Below are positions 63,602 through 64,000 of a DNA stretch of 64,000 bases, piece by piece. Source of the stretch: Fimicolochytrium jonesii (Eukaryota). Position numbers and translations under genes: made by a program. Within the stretch, counting starts at the first letter, position 1. Each line of letters starts with the position of its first letter. Under the pieces are notes generated by a model. The model made no database searches and was not told where the DNA came from. It was given only the letters and a program-made list of their open reading frames with translations. The stretch is from contig NW_026515679.1 in the NCBI RefSeq assembly GCF_025526975.1, forward strand, positions 620,001-684,000. Reading direction: 5' to 3'.

Positions 63602-64000
63602 ATCGATGCGAGCGGGTTGGAAAGTGGATGAGGTTCCTTGGTCTAGGTTTCGCGGTTTGGCATTCTCTCAGATCGGCACTAGGCTTGGGCTATGGGAGAT
63701 AGCGTCCCGCTGGCATGAGTCTGAAGTTCAGCCGATATTAGCCAAGAAGCTCAGCGCACCTCCTCAAATAGTTCATCAGCGGATATCAATACACGGTTCC
63801 CCGATCCACTCGACAACCGTCTACCCAACTCTATGACTTAGCTCTCTGTATCCCGCTGCGAACTGATATGTGCGCAATACAATACAACGGATGGAGCTTT
63901 ATAGGCCTGGGTTTTTGGAGATCGGGTCGCGGCACGAACGGGAAGCTTCACCGACAAGCCACCGTGCAAGCGACCTCTTTCAAATTTCGAGCCTCAACCT

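Overview
Gene-dense, GC-rich eukaryotic genomic DNA with many short GT-AG introns. It is most likely a zoosporic (chytrid-type) fungus: the housekeeping genes are fungal-like and there is an LRRC45-like centriolar gene. About 20 conserved genes are recognisable: Clr2-like, Siw14/Oca phosphatase, DNAJC11, carnitine acyltransferase, UAP1, LRRC45, METTL14/KAR4, LYR protein, COQ8, Sln1-like hybrid histidine kinase, ThrE/Prm10 exporter, RSM24, FCF1, ABM protein, bZIP, COG3, SAM carrier, GST-like, DDAH, MRPL16 and SAR1. Between them lie small accessory islands holding MITEs, a DIRS/Ngaro gag-like fragment next to interstitial telomere repeats, a 27/56-bp tandem array, a spliced HEPN-like gene and several decaying genes. 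The most striking observations are (i) a single in-frame TAG inside an otherwise intact METTL14, with conserved, spliceable coding sequence downstream, (ii) a 1.9-kb segment bounded by an exact 22-bp direct repeat that contains a nested TIR element and a PemK/DUF6590-like relic, and (iii) a recurrent C-rich to G-rich switch within exons. All family calls come from motif recognition by eye. No database searches were run, and exon boundaries were deduced manually.
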